Of a DNA stretch of 64,000 nucleotides, positions 18,200 through 28,270 are shown one piece after another. This DNA is from Candidatus Nanopelagicales bacterium. Its GTDB lineage: Bacteria; Actinomycetota; Actinomycetes; S36-B12. The number at the start of each line of letters is the position of its first letter. Position 1 is the stretch's first letter. The position numbers were made by a program, and so were the translations under genes. The notes under the pieces were generated by a model. The model had not been told where the DNA came from. It saw only the letters and a list, made by a program, of their open reading frames with translations, and did not search any database. The stretch covers positions 4,262-68,261 of the forward strand of contig JANRCR010000041.1 of NCBI GenBank assembly GCA_030726915.1. The letters are read 5' to 3'.

Positions 18200-20233
18200 T
18201 CAGAAGCGGTCATCGCCATCCCGTCGGGACAGGATCTGGGCGACCACGCGCATCATCATGGTCGCGGATAGGAAGAGGCCGGCGAATCCAATGAGCCTGA
18301 GCGGATTGGCCACCGTGTCATTGCCGGAGAGTCCTGCCGCGATGATGACGATGCCGGATCCGATCAACCCGATGACTCCGATCACGGTGAAAAGAATGCG
18401 ATTGAGCCAATGCTCGACGCGCTGCCCGTCGGCACCGGAGAAGCGTTCGATCCGCAGGGTCAGGCGCCCCGCGCGAGCCTGGAGGGCGATGTCCTCGGTG
18501 ATGTGGGGCATCGAGCGCAACACGGGCAGGGCACGCACCAATTCACGCGTGATCTGATCGCGCGGATGGAGCTCGGCCTCTTCGACGAGGCGTCCCATGC
18601 GCGCCTGGGCGGCCGGCCCCATGCGGAATTCCGGATCCAGGGATCGCAGCGTGCCGTCGAAGGTCAGCACGGCGCGCGCGAGGATCGTCAGCGCGGGTGG
18701 CGCGGCCACACCGTGACGGTTGAGCACCCGGATAATCTCCGAGATCGCGGCCGGATCAAACCCACCGCCCTGCACGTCGGTGAGCACGACCCCGATATCG
18801 AATTCCAACGAGGTGATGTCGATGTTCTCGCCGGCGGGGCCGGCGATGCGGCGTACGGCGCGGGCGAGGATGGCCGGGTCCTTGAGGTTGAAGCCCAGAG
18901 CCAACTGCTGCAACCCCTCCAGGGTCACCGGATCGATTGAGCCCACGGCACCAAAATCGATAAACCACAGGGTGCCCTCGGGATCAATCAGCACGTTCCC
19001 CGGATGCGGGTCAGCGTGATACACACCGTCGGTCAGGATCTGGCCGAGGAAGGAATCCAGGAGCCGCCCGGCTAACTCACGACGCGGCACACCGGTGGCA
19101 TCCACGGCGGCCTGATCGGAGATCGGTGAGCCCACGACCTCGTCCATCACCAGGACGCGCCGTGATGTGCGATCAGCGAAGATCTCCGGGAAAGCGACCC
19201 CGTCATCAGCTGTTCGCGTTGCCCTCATGACCGCGTTGTTGGTGGCCTCGTGGGTGAAATCGAGCTCCTCGGTGATGCCCGCCACCAGCTCGCGGGCAAG
19301 GCCCACGACGCCGACCCGGCGGGCTGAGGCTGACTGGCGCTCCAAACTCCGGGCACCCCCCACGAGGACTCGGCCGTCGACGGCGACGCTCTCCTCGATG
19401 CCGGGCCGTTGGACTTTGACGATGACGCGACGGCCATCGCGCAATACCGCCCGATGCGTGACTCCTATTGATGCCGCCGCGAGGGGCTCAGGTTCGACAC
19501 TGAGGAAGAGTTCGTCGAGGGGAGCACCGAGTTCCGCCTCGATGACGGCACGCACCGTCGCGAAAGGAAGCCCTGGCACCGACGAGCGCAACTGCGCGAG
19601 TTCCTCGGTCACGACCCGCGGCAGGAGATCGTCACGTGTCGAGGCAATCTGGCCAAACTTCACCAGCATTCCGCCGGACTCCTCCAGCGTCTCCCGCAGG
19701 GCGCGAGCCGTCTCCGTAGACACCAACTCAGCCCGCGATGCCAGTCGACGCCCGATGAGACCGTTGCGTCGTGCGATGCGAGCGATCTGAGCCAGTCGCC
19801 GCGACACGGCGATCCGCTCACGAATCGCGCGGATGGGGCGGGGGATCCCCGTGCGGGCGCGACGCGGTCGCAGCATGGCATCGATGACGAGGCTGGCAAT
19901 GAGAGACACGATGAGGGAGTAGCCCAACCAGGCCAGCGCCAGCATCAGGGTTGTATCGGGATCGTTCTCCACATCGATGTCAACGTCTCCCCCGACCTGC
20001 ACGGCGAGGAGCATCAGACCACCGATGAAGCCGATGACACCCGCGATGAGCGATCGCAATCGACCTCGATGAACGTCGAGAATGCGCGCGGAGAGCCAGC
20101 CCATAAAGAGTGAGGCGATAAAGACCACGCCGAGGACAAAGATGAGGTCCCATACGGATTCCCCACTCTCGGTCACGCCCACATGGTGCCATGTCGGGCC
20201 ATCGGGTGCGGGAGTGTCTGTGATGAGCCTCAC
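18200..20233 (-). CDS. ABC1/UbiB-family atypical kinase with N- and C-terminal TM segments
   Basis: 677 aa. ABC1 motifs PLAAASIGVTHRAVLRDGRRVIVKVQRPG and YHADPHPGNVLI. Confidence 0.88.
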   Translation of the reverse strand: MRLITDTPAPDGPTWHHVGVTESGESVWDLIFVLGVVFIASLFMGWLSARILDVHRGRLRSLIAGVIGFIGGLMLLAVQVGGDVDIDVENDPDTTLMLALAWLGYSLIVSLIASLVIDAMLRPRRARTGIPRPIRAIRERIAVSRRLAQIARIARRNGLIGRRLASRAELVSTETARALRETLEESGGMLVKFGQIASTRDDLLPRVVTEELAQLRSSVPGLPFATVRAVIEAELGAPLDELFLSVEPEPLAAASIGVTHRAVLRDGRRVIVKVQRPGIEESVAVDGRVLVGGARSLERQSASARRVGVVGLARELVAGITEELDFTHEATNNAVMRATRTADDGVAFPEIFADRTSRRVLVMDEVVGSPISDQAAVDATGVPRRELAGRLLDSFLGQILTDGVYHADPHPGNVLIDPEGTLWFIDFGAVGSIDPVTLEGLQQLALGFNLKDPAILARAVRRIAGPAGENIDITSLEFDIGVVLTDVQGGGFDPAAISEIIRVLNRHGVAAPPALTILARAVLTFDGTLRSLDPEFRMGPAAQARMGRLVEEAELHPRDQITRELVRALPVLRSMPHITEDIALQARAGRLTLRIERFSGADGQRVEHWLNRILFTVIGVIGLIGSGIVIIAAGLSGNDTVANPLRLIGFAGLFLSATMMMRVVAQILSRRDGDDRF

Positions 20234-20344
20234 CCGTCTGAGATGCAGTCGTCACCTCGATGCCGTCGCGGGTGATGCTGGGTGTCACCGATCAGTCATG
20301 TTGACGCCCTAGACCAGGGTCGTGACCAAACAACTGGAGGAATC

Positions 20345-20530
20345 GTGATCAGCACCACCCCCGCTGACACCACAACCCGCCGCGCCATCCCGCTGACGGG
20401 GACCTGGTTCCACCATGTGGGCCGTGCCCCCTATGAGTTGTTGGGGCTGGTGGATCACACCTCAGGCCCCCGGACGCCCCTCACGACGGCGCCCCGGCCG
20501 ACGCTGCCGCGCTGGGACATAGCCGCCTAA
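20345..20530 (+). CDS. Hypothetical 61-aa protein (speculative)
   Basis: GTG at 20345 lies 5 nt after GGAGGA. No recognisable domain. Confidence 0.25.
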   Translation: MISTTPADTTTRRAIPLTGTWFHHVGRAPYELLGLVDHTSGPRTPLTTAPRPTLPRWDIAA

Positions 20531-20632
20531 TCGGGTCGACTCCCCAGAGCCTCGCCCGGGTGCCTGACGGGTCTGGATGTCGGGCTCGTCGAAGCGGGCC
20601 CGGAGTGGACTGCCACGCGGCAGGATGTCGCC

Positions 20633-21637
20633 ATGGCCAAACCTCCCCTCCAGGCCCGCGCCTGGCGCCCACCGCGGGACGTGGGTCTGCGCGGACCCTT
20701 TGCACCCAACACCGCGCTCAAGCATCTTGAGATCATCCCCGTGCCGGGCAGCGGCCCCGAGGACGTTGCTGTCGATGCTGACGGCAACCTCTTCACCGGG
20801 ACGAGCGAGGGCCATCTGCTGCGCATCTCCCCCGACGGTGGGCGCATCGATCGCTTGGCCCAGACCGGCGGACGTCCACTGGGCATTGAAGTCCATCCTG
20901 AGGGGTGGCTCGTCGTGTGTGATGCTCACCGCGGACTGCTGCGCGTGGATCCGAACACGGGAGCAATCTCTGAGCTCGTCACGAGCATTGACGGCATCCC
21001 TATGCGATTCACCAACAACTGTGCGGTGGCTGCCGATGGAACTATCTACTTCTCCGACTCATCGCGCTTCTTTGGCATTGAGCACTTCAAGGGAGACATC
21101 CTCGCCCACACCAGCAGCGGGCGCGTGATCCGGCGAGACCCGGATGGGACGGTCGAGGTGGTGCTCGACGGACTGGACTTCGCCAATGGCGTCGCCCTCG
21201 CGCAGGATGAGTCCTTCCTCCTCGTCGCGGAGACGGGTGGCTACCGCGTGACCCGACTGGACCTCACGGGCCCGCGCCCCGGGCGCCGATCAGTGATCAT
21301 CGACAACCTCCCGGGTCTGCCGGACAACATGTCGTCGGGCACCCGGGGAGTCTTTTGGATTGCGCTTCCATCCGCGCGCAATAAGCTCCTCGACCTGCTG
21401 CTGCCCAGGCCGGGATTCCTGCGCTCTGCCATCTGGTCGATGCCCGATCGCCTCCAGCCCGACGCCACCAGGATCACCTGGGTCATCGGCATCAACGGCG
21501 ACGGGGACGTGATCAGCAATCTGCAGGGACCCGGGGACGGCTACCACTACGTGACCGGCGTCCGCGAGCACGCGGGTCGGCTCTACCTGGGCAGTCTGGT
21601 CGAGCCGGGTATCGCCGTGGCCGATGTGCCCCAATGA
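20633..21637 (+). CDS. Strictosidine synthase-like / SMP-30-gluconolactonase-type beta-propeller protein
   Basis: 334 aa. GPEDVAVDADGNLFTG, RFTNNCAVAADGTIYFSDSS and FANGVALAQDESFLLVAET resemble the strictosidine synthase family. Confidence 0.75.
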   Translation: MAKPPLQARAWRPPRDVGLRGPFAPNTALKHLEIIPVPGSGPEDVAVDADGNLFTGTSEGHLLRISPDGGRIDRLAQTGGRPLGIEVHPEGWLVVCDAHRGLLRVDPNTGAISELVTSIDGIPMRFTNNCAVAADGTIYFSDSSRFFGIEHFKGDILAHTSSGRVIRRDPDGTVEVVLDGLDFANGVALAQDESFLLVAETGGYRVTRLDLTGPRPGRRSVIIDNLPGLPDNMSSGTRGVFWIALPSARNKLLDLLLPRPGFLRSAIWSMPDRLQPDATRITWVIGINGDGDVISNLQGPGDGYHYVTGVREHAGRLYLGSLVEPGIAVADVPQ

Positions 21638-21657
21638 CCCATGTCGACGGCGCGAAG

Positions 21658-23304
21658 CTAAACGCGCTTCTTCAGTGAATCGGTGAGCCGCAGGAGCGCC
21701 GGGCTGCGATCACCCTTCGGGACCACGGCCCGAATAATGCACAACTCGTCTGCGGCCATCGCTTCGGTGAGTGCGTTGTCCAACTCGTCCTCGGTGGTCG
21801 CAAGCCAACCGCGACCCGTCCCGAAGACATCCGGCAAGCGCTCGGCTCGCAGCGGCGGAATGTCGTTGAAGGCCCCATCCATCATCGGTCGCTGAGTGCC
21901 GTAGCCATCGTTGTCGAGCACCAGGATGACCGGCGTGACGCCGTGGAACGGCGCAGCGGCCGCCTCCAGCCCCGTCATCGCAAAGGCTCCATCTCCAACG
22001 AGGACGACCGGACGCAGGTGCGGCTCGGCAATCCCCGCACCCAGGGCAGCGGGAACGGCGTACCCCATCGTGGCGTAATAGGCGCTGGCGAGGCACCAGT
22101 TGGGAGCCGACAGGTCGACAGAGGCAAAGAGGCACTCACCCGGGTCGACGAGCAGACCGTGTCTGTCGTCCAGGTGCGCATCGACCGCAGCGATCACCCT
22201 GGCGACACTCAGGGGCTCATCACTAACGGGCGTGAACGTCGGATGCTCACGTCGCACGTGACTGTCACCATCCAGGCCCTCCACTCCCGCGGCTTCCGCA
22301 AGCGCGGGGAGGAAGGACCACAGGGGTACGTCCTTGTAGGTCCGCAGGCCGATGGTCACCTCGGTGTCCTGAGCATCAATGCGGCGATGCGGATCCAGAT
22401 GCGCTGTGAAGGCACCCATCGTGAGATCCGTGTTGAGCACTCCCAGGCTGATCAGCATGCTGGCGTTCTCGACCTGATCCACGACATCGGGTGGTGACAC
22501 CGCACCCATGTAGACACCGAGAGACTGCGGATGGCGCTCCGGGAAGAGTCCCTTGGCCAGGGAACTCGTGGTGACCGACACGTTGAGTCGCTCAACGGCT
22601 GATCTCAGGGCAGGGGCCATCCCGCGGCGCCACACCATGGCGCCTGCGTGCACCACCGGGGTGGGGCTCCCCCGCAGGCATTCCAGGGCATCCGCGACCG
22701 CCGCCTGAAGGCGCTCATCGTCGACCGGCGGGAGGTGGGCTCGCAGGGCACCGCGCGGGGGCGCGATGGTCACCTCGACCATGTCCCGGGGAATCTCTAT
22801 GTAGCCGGGCCTCTGCTCGGACAGCATCGTTGCGATCACACGATCGATCTCATCCGCGGCAATGGCCGGGTTGGTCAGCACCGCCTGCGCACAGGTCAAT
22901 TCCCCGAAGACCACGAGCTGGGAGTCAAAACTGCGGATCTTGTGATGGAGGAGCACGTCTCCAGCACGCTCGCGCATGCCCGGTGCTCCGGAGATGACAA
23001 GCAGGGGCACCTGCTCAGCCCATGCCCCCGCGACGGCATTGGCAATCTTGAGCCCCCCTACGCCGTACGTGACGGCAACAACACCGAGTCCCTTGAGCCG
23101 GGCGTAGGCATCGGCGGCGAAGGCCGAACCCTGCTCATCCGCCGTGACGAGCAGGGGGAAGCCGACCCCCTCGAGATCAGCAAACAGACGCAGGGCGTAG
23201 TCACCGACGATCCCGAATCCACAGTCGACACCGCGGTGCCTCAGGCGGTCCGCCAGATGCTGTGGGATTGTCAGGTCACGCTCGACCTCGGTGCTGCTCA
23301 TCAC
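21658..23304 (-). CDS. ThDP-dependent alpha-keto-acid (indolepyruvate/phenylpyruvate) decarboxylase family
   Basis: 548 aa. N-terminal PYR domain (FGIVGDYALRLFADLE) and ThDP motif GDGAFAMTGLE...VLDNDGYG. Confidence 0.82.
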   Translation of the reverse strand: MMSSTEVERDLTIPQHLADRLRHRGVDCGFGIVGDYALRLFADLEGVGFPLLVTADEQGSAFAADAYARLKGLGVVAVTYGVGGLKIANAVAGAWAEQVPLLVISGAPGMRERAGDVLLHHKIRSFDSQLVVFGELTCAQAVLTNPAIAADEIDRVIATMLSEQRPGYIEIPRDMVEVTIAPPRGALRAHLPPVDDERLQAAVADALECLRGSPTPVVHAGAMVWRRGMAPALRSAVERLNVSVTTSSLAKGLFPERHPQSLGVYMGAVSPPDVVDQVENASMLISLGVLNTDLTMGAFTAHLDPHRRIDAQDTEVTIGLRTYKDVPLWSFLPALAEAAGVEGLDGDSHVRREHPTFTPVSDEPLSVARVIAAVDAHLDDRHGLLVDPGECLFASVDLSAPNWCLASAYYATMGYAVPAALGAGIAEPHLRPVVLVGDGAFAMTGLEAAAAPFHGVTPVILVLDNDGYGTQRPMMDGAFNDIPPLRAERLPDVFGTGRGWLATTEDELDNALTEAMAADELCIIRAVVPKGDRSPALLRLTDSLKKRV

Positions 23305-24053
23305 GCCTCCAGTTCCGGATGTACATCGTCCTCCACGACATTGACGCGAGCACCGGCAGCCCAGCCGACAAAGCGCAGACCGTAGCCCACGGAGGGTCCG
23401 ATGAGGACGGCAAAGAGCACGGTGGCGACTCCCACGGTGCCGCCCAGGAGCCAGCCCGCTGCCAGCACGACAACCTCGATGGACAGGCGAATCGGAGTGA
23501 CGGCAATCCCCGTCCGCTCGTGCAGGCCCGTCATGAGGCCATCACGTGGACCGGGACCGAGGTTGGTCGTGAGATACAGCCCGCTGCCAAGACCCACGAG
23601 GGCAATGCCGATGAGGGCCTGGGCGAGGCGCCAGCCGATTGAGGTCGGTGTCGGCAAGACATCGATCATGACCTGCAGCGCAGTGGCAATGACGATGGCG
23701 TTGGCGATGGTCCCGAGACCGGGCTTCTCCCGCAGGGGGATCCACAGCAGGAGCACGATCACGCTCGTGGCGAAGGTGCCTACACCGATCGAAATCCCGG
23801 TCCGCACGGACAGACCCTGGGCAAAAACGGTCCAGGGCGCATTGCCTAGGGTGGCGTTGACCAGCAAGGCCTCACCCGTGCCAAACAGCCATAGGCCAAT
23901 GACGAGGACGACCAGGGTGACGGGCCCGGTCCGCCACCGCGAACCCTCACTGCGCCATCGGGTGAGGGGGATGCTGCGGGAGGGGACAATGCGGCGCCAG
24001 ATAGCGCGCATGTGACTCTCGCCCCGTCCGTCACCCGAACCCATGGCAGTCAC
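23301..24053 (-). CDS. YczE/YitT-like integral membrane protein (start uncertain)
   Basis: Polytopic membrane ORF (GNAPWTVFAQGLSVRTGISIGVGT...). Its stop overlaps the decarboxylase start (ATGA at 23301-23304). Confidence 0.55.
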   Translation of the reverse strand: MTAMGSGDGRGESHMRAIWRRIVPSRSIPLTRWRSEGSRWRTGPVTLVVLVIGLWLFGTGEALLVNATLGNAPWTVFAQGLSVRTGISIGVGTFATSVIVLLLWIPLREKPGLGTIANAIVIATALQVMIDVLPTPTSIGWRLAQALIGIALVGLGSGLYLTTNLGPGPRDGLMTGLHERTGIAVTPIRLSIEVVVLAAGWLLGGTVGVATVLFAVLIGPSVGYGLRFVGWAAGARVNVVEDDVHPELEA

Positions 24054-24071
24054 GGGCGCTGACCCTATCCG

Positions 24072-25298
24072 CTACTCCACAATGGCTCGGCGCGGACCAA
24101 TCCCCCAGGCAAGGTAGTTCCATGCCCAGTCGGCGAGCACGCTGACGCGGTTGCGACCGCCGGCGAGGTAGACGACGTGCAGTCCAAGCCAGGCAAGCCA
24201 CGCGGGAGTGCCGTGCAGGCGAATCCCCTGGGGTGTCTCAGCAACGGCCCGGCGACGACCGATGGTCGCCATTTGTCCCTTATCGACGTAGCGGAAGGGG
24301 GCCATGAGTTTGCCAGATGCCAGGGCGATGATGTTGCGGGCCGCGTGACGGCCCATCTGCATGGCGACGGGCGCCACCATGGGCAGGGGCGCGGTGCCGC
24401 TATCGGTGTAGGCAGCCGTGTCACCCACCACCCACACGTCAGGGACATCCGGCAGGCGCAGGAAGTCATCCACGATCAGGCGGCGGGCCGGTCCGGTCGC
24501 ACCGAGGTCCGCCCACCGGTCCGGTGCGGCAACACCGGCGGCCCAGACCACGGTGCCCGCGGGAAGGATCTCGCCCGACTTCAAATGCACATCACGCTCA
24601 TACATCCGGTCGACAGCGGTTGCGAGCTTGACGGTGACACCAATCTGCTCCAACTCTTCCTTCGCATGGTCGCTGGACTGCTGGCTGAACGACGGCAGGA
24701 GACGAGGACCTGCCTCGACCAGTGTCACGCTGGCGTGGTCGGCGATATCGGGGTACTCGCGCACCATGCTGGCCTGCATCTCCGCGACGGCACCGCTGAC
24801 TTCAACTCCGGTGGGTCCACCTCCCACGACCACGACCCGCAGGGCCTCGCGCGGCAGCCGTCCCTCCTGGACGTCCTCGTAGGTATTGAGCAGGCGCCTC
24901 TTAATCTGCCGGGCTTCGGCGATCGATTTCATCTGCAGTGCGTTTTCCTCAACACCGGGAATCCCGAACGTCGTTCCCACGCTTCCGGTCGCCAGGATGA
25001 GTTGGTCATAGTCAATGTGCTGTCCGTCAAACAGCTGCACGGTGTGCCGCTGCGGATCCACCCGGACCACGTCACCCCTGATAAAGGTGACTCCGGGGAT
25101 CGCGGCACGCACGGGATAGGCGATGTCATCCTCGGGAAGCGCACCGGTCGCCACCTGATAGAGCAGGGGACTGAAGAGCTGATAGGGATGGCGGTCGACC
25201 ATCACCACCTCGATGCGTGGTGACTCTCGAAGGATCTTGGCCGCTTCGAGGCCCCCGAATCCAGCGCCGACGACAACGACCTTCAGGGGTTTGGGCAT
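24072..25298 (-). CDS. ndh: Type II NADH dehydrogenase (NDH-2)
   Basis: 408 aa. Two dinucleotide folds (VVVVGAGFGGLEAAK; VVVVGGGPTGVEVSGA) and a C-terminal membrane-anchoring helix. Confidence 0.88.
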   Translation of the reverse strand: MPKPLKVVVVGAGFGGLEAAKILRESPRIEVVMVDRHPYQLFSPLLYQVATGALPEDDIAYPVRAAIPGVTFIRGDVVRVDPQRHTVQLFDGQHIDYDQLILATGSVGTTFGIPGVEENALQMKSIAEARQIKRRLLNTYEDVQEGRLPREALRVVVVGGGPTGVEVSGAVAEMQASMVREYPDIADHASVTLVEAGPRLLPSFSQQSSDHAKEELEQIGVTVKLATAVDRMYERDVHLKSGEILPAGTVVWAAGVAAPDRWADLGATGPARRLIVDDFLRLPDVPDVWVVGDTAAYTDSGTAPLPMVAPVAMQMGRHAARNIIALASGKLMAPFRYVDKGQMATIGRRRAVAETPQGIRLHGTPAWLAWLGLHVVYLAGGRNRVSVLADWAWNYLAWGIGPRRAIVE

Positions 25299-25330
25299 GT
25301 CCGGATCGTGTCAGCCCTGGGCCCAAACGG

Positions 25331-25747
25331 CTAGTCGAGACAAATCTGTGAGGCCGTGCGGGACGCCGGCGCCCCGTCTGTGAGCGCGGCGTACAACTGC
25401 CCGCACTCCGCCGCCACGGTGTCGCTTTGACCGGCCACATCGCTCAGGATTGATACCGCCTCATCGACTCCAGCGGCGTCACGGACGGCCAGGAGCTGGG
25501 TCAGCACCTGGTCGTAGGGCGAGAGTGTGGACGCGGCCGTGGGTGGAGCCGAGAGACGTACCCGATCCGCATCTGTGAGTTCGGGCACATTCACGCCGTG
25601 CCGATGGGCCTGGGCAGCGACAACCTCAGCAACGCTGGGCAGGTCATCCACCGAGGAAAGATCATCGGATTGCCAGGCACCCCACACGAGGACGCCGACG
25701 AGCGCCAGGCACCCGGCGGCGACAGCGAGGACGACGGCCCGGGTCAT
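25331..25747 (-). CDS. Hypothetical membrane-anchored/secreted protein
   Basis: 138 aa. N-terminal TM (VVLAVAAGCLALVGVLVWGAW). 4-nt overlap with the upstream aldo/keto reductase. Confidence 0.55.
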   Translation of the reverse strand: MTRAVVLAVAAGCLALVGVLVWGAWQSDDLSSVDDLPSVAEVVAAQAHRHGVNVPELTDADRVRLSAPPTAASTLSPYDQVLTQLLAVRDAAGVDEAVSILSDVAGQSDTVAAECGQLYAALTDGAPASRTASQICLD

Positions 25748-26697
25748 CGCAGCCTGGACCGTGGCTCGGCTTCGGGATACATCGAGAGGTCATCACTCGG
25801 GCTGGCATCCAGGTAGGCCACATCAGCCTCGGTCAGCGCCAGGGCCTCCGCACGCACGAGTGATGCGACCGTGGCCGCCCGGGTGATGCCGGGGATCGGA
25901 ATCACGACGGGGGCGCGCGCGAGCAACCACGCCAGTGCGGTCTCCTGCGGGCTGGCACCGATGCGATCCGCGACAGCGGCAAAATCCTGACGCAACGATC
26001 CGAGGTCGTGCGCCTGGTCGGATCCCCCCAGCGGGGACCACGGGAGGAATGCGATGCCCAACTCCGCGCATCGATCAATAACGTCGGCGTCTTCACGGAA
26101 TCGCGGCGACCACTCATTTTGCACACTGACGATGCCACCATCATCCGGGCCACCCAGGATCTCCACCGCAAGATCCACTTCGGCGCGGGTGGCGTTGGAC
26201 AGCCCGATCGTCGCCGCGATGCCCGCGTCTCGAATCGACCCCAGGGTGATCATCTGGTCGGCGTACGACAGTGAGGGATCGTGACGATGGTGCTGATAGA
26301 GGTCGATGCGTCCCAGTCGCGCGAGGCTTGCCTCCGCCGCGCGGCGCAGGCCATCCGGGGAGGAGTCACGACCCCATCCCTCACCATCCTGGCGAGTGAT
26401 GCCGCCCTTCGTCGCGAGGACGACATCGGCCACATCTCCTGAGTAGGTGCGCACAGCCTCAGCCACCAGGGTCTCGTTGTGACCCATGGTGTCCCAGGAG
26501 GGTGCATAGATGTCCGCGGTGTCGAGCAGGGTGAATCCCGCGTCCAGGGCTGCGTGAATGGCGTGCAGGGCTCGCTCCCGCTCATCCACCATCCCGGGGA
26601 AGGACATCGGCATGCAGCCGATACCGATGGCACTGACCCGCCACGGGCCCAGTCGACGTCGCTCCACACCGAGAGGGTACGTCGAATCGTCAATCAA
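25744..26697 (-). CDS. Aldo/keto reductase
   Basis: 317 aa. AKR motifs (LLDTADIYA, HRHDP, GLSN). Confidence 0.88.
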   Translation of the reverse strand: MIDDSTYPLGVERRRLGPWRVSAIGIGCMPMSFPGMVDERERALHAIHAALDAGFTLLDTADIYAPSWDTMGHNETLVAEAVRTYSGDVADVVLATKGGITRQDGEGWGRDSSPDGLRRAAEASLARLGRIDLYQHHRHDPSLSYADQMITLGSIRDAGIAATIGLSNATRAEVDLAVEILGGPDDGGIVSVQNEWSPRFREDADVIDRCAELGIAFLPWSPLGGSDQAHDLGSLRQDFAAVADRIGASPQETALAWLLARAPVVIPIPGITRAATVASLVRAEALALTEADVAYLDASPSDDLSMYPEAEPRSRLR

Positions 26698-26725
26698 TGG
26701 GTCCGCACACTCGTTGGCCTAGGCT

Positions 26726-28252
26726 TTGCCCATGGTTTCCCCGACCCAGCAGGCGCAACCGCAGACAGATCGCCGATGGTGGTCCCTCGTCGGGCTCTGC
26801 CTTGTCACCGCCCTCGTCTGGGTGACCGCCAGCGACATCTCCATCGCGCTGCCGACCATCGCTCGAGACCTGGGCGGCTCCATGGACACCCTTCAGTGGG
26901 CCGTCAACGGATTCTTCCTCGCGGGGGCCCTGATCATCGTCGGTGGCCGCGTCGGCGACATCTTCGGTCGACGTCTGCTCTTCGGCATCGGCACCTGCCT
27001 CGTGCTCCTGGGTTCCATCGTGGCTGGCCTCGCACCCTCACCGTTGGTGCTGATCATCGGCCGCATCCTCGAGGGGATCGGAGCAGCAGCGATCCTGCCC
27101 ACCGCTCTGGCGATCATTGCCGTGACCTTCACGGGCAAGCAGCGGGACACGGCGATTGCCGCGTGGATCGCCGTGTGCTGGGGTGCGCAGGCGTTTGGTC
27201 CCCTCGTCGGCGGCGTCATCGTGGAGGGACTCGACTGGCGGTGGATCTTCTGGATTAATCTGCCCATCGGCCTGGTGGCGCTGGCGATCACATGGTGGGC
27301 CACGCCGGAGACCAGCGAGCCGGGTGCGGTCCGATCGATCGACGTCCCCGGTGTGGTCACCCTCGTCGGTAGCCTCTTGCTCCTGTCCTGGGCCCTTGTG
27401 CAGTTCGACACACTGCCGACGGCTGCCTTCCTTGGCATGCTGCTGGCATCCGTCGCCCTGCTAATTCTTTTTGTGCTGATTGAGCGCAAGGTGGCCAACC
27501 CGGTCATTGTGCTGTCGATCTTCCGCAAGCCTCGCTATGACGGAGCCGTGCTCGCCAATTTCATCGCCAACTTCGTCTTCGGTGGCGTGATCTTCTTCAT
27601 GGCCCTGTACCTACAGGTGGTGGAGGGCTACGGCCCCCTCGAGGCGGGGCTACTGCTGCTGCCGGCCACGATCCCGATTCTGCTCATCAACCCGATCGGC
27701 AATTGGCTGGGCCGTCGCGTGGGTCCCGCGTGGCCGACGGCGGTCGGGATGGCCTGTCTCGCGGTTGCCGCCGTCTTACTCCTCAACCTGTCCGGTGACT
27801 ACACCGCTCTCATCGCGCCGTTCATCCTCATCGGGGTGGGCATCGGCTTGCAGATCACGCCGTGCGCGGCGACGGCTGTCGAGGATCCGGGCAGTGCGGG
27901 TGAGGGAGTTGTCTCCGGCGTCTTCAAGGCTTCGTCCATGATCGGTGGATCCCTCGGTGTTGCCGTCGGCACCGCCGTCTTCCAAAGCAGCGCGCGGGAT
28001 CGTCTGGCAGAGATCCTGCCGATGCCGTCCGCCGAATCCGTCGACAGGGTGCTGAGCGTCCTCACGGGAGGTGTCCGGCTGGAGGATGTCGCCTCGCTGA
28101 TTCCCGGTGACGCCCAGGCGCTGATAACGGACGTCTTTGACTCGGCGGTCGGTCTGGCCATGTGGCCGACCATCGTCGTGTCGCTCATCGGTGTCGCAGT
28201 GGCTATCGTTCTGCTGCGGGGAGGACCTCCCGCCAGTGGCCCCGTCCACTGA
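26726..28252 (+). CDS. MFS transporter, DHA2 (EmrB/QacA, 14-TMS) family
   Basis: 508 aa with about 14 TM. GGRVGDIFGRR motif. Confidence 0.85.
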   Translation: MPMVSPTQQAQPQTDRRWWSLVGLCLVTALVWVTASDISIALPTIARDLGGSMDTLQWAVNGFFLAGALIIVGGRVGDIFGRRLLFGIGTCLVLLGSIVAGLAPSPLVLIIGRILEGIGAAAILPTALAIIAVTFTGKQRDTAIAAWIAVCWGAQAFGPLVGGVIVEGLDWRWIFWINLPIGLVALAITWWATPETSEPGAVRSIDVPGVVTLVGSLLLLSWALVQFDTLPTAAFLGMLLASVALLILFVLIERKVANPVIVLSIFRKPRYDGAVLANFIANFVFGGVIFFMALYLQVVEGYGPLEAGLLLLPATIPILLINPIGNWLGRRVGPAWPTAVGMACLAVAAVLLLNLSGDYTALIAPFILIGVGIGLQITPCAATAVEDPGSAGEGVVSGVFKASSMIGGSLGVAVGTAVFQSSARDRLAEILPMPSAESVDRVLSVLTGGVRLEDVASLIPGDAQALITDVFDSAVGLAMWPTIVVSLIGVAVAIVLLRGGPPASGPVH

Positions 28253-28270
28253 CACCCGAAGGCACGCACT

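Noticed and set aside
24177-25223. 348-aa plus-strand ORF
   Set aside because: Antisense shadow of the NDH-2 gene.
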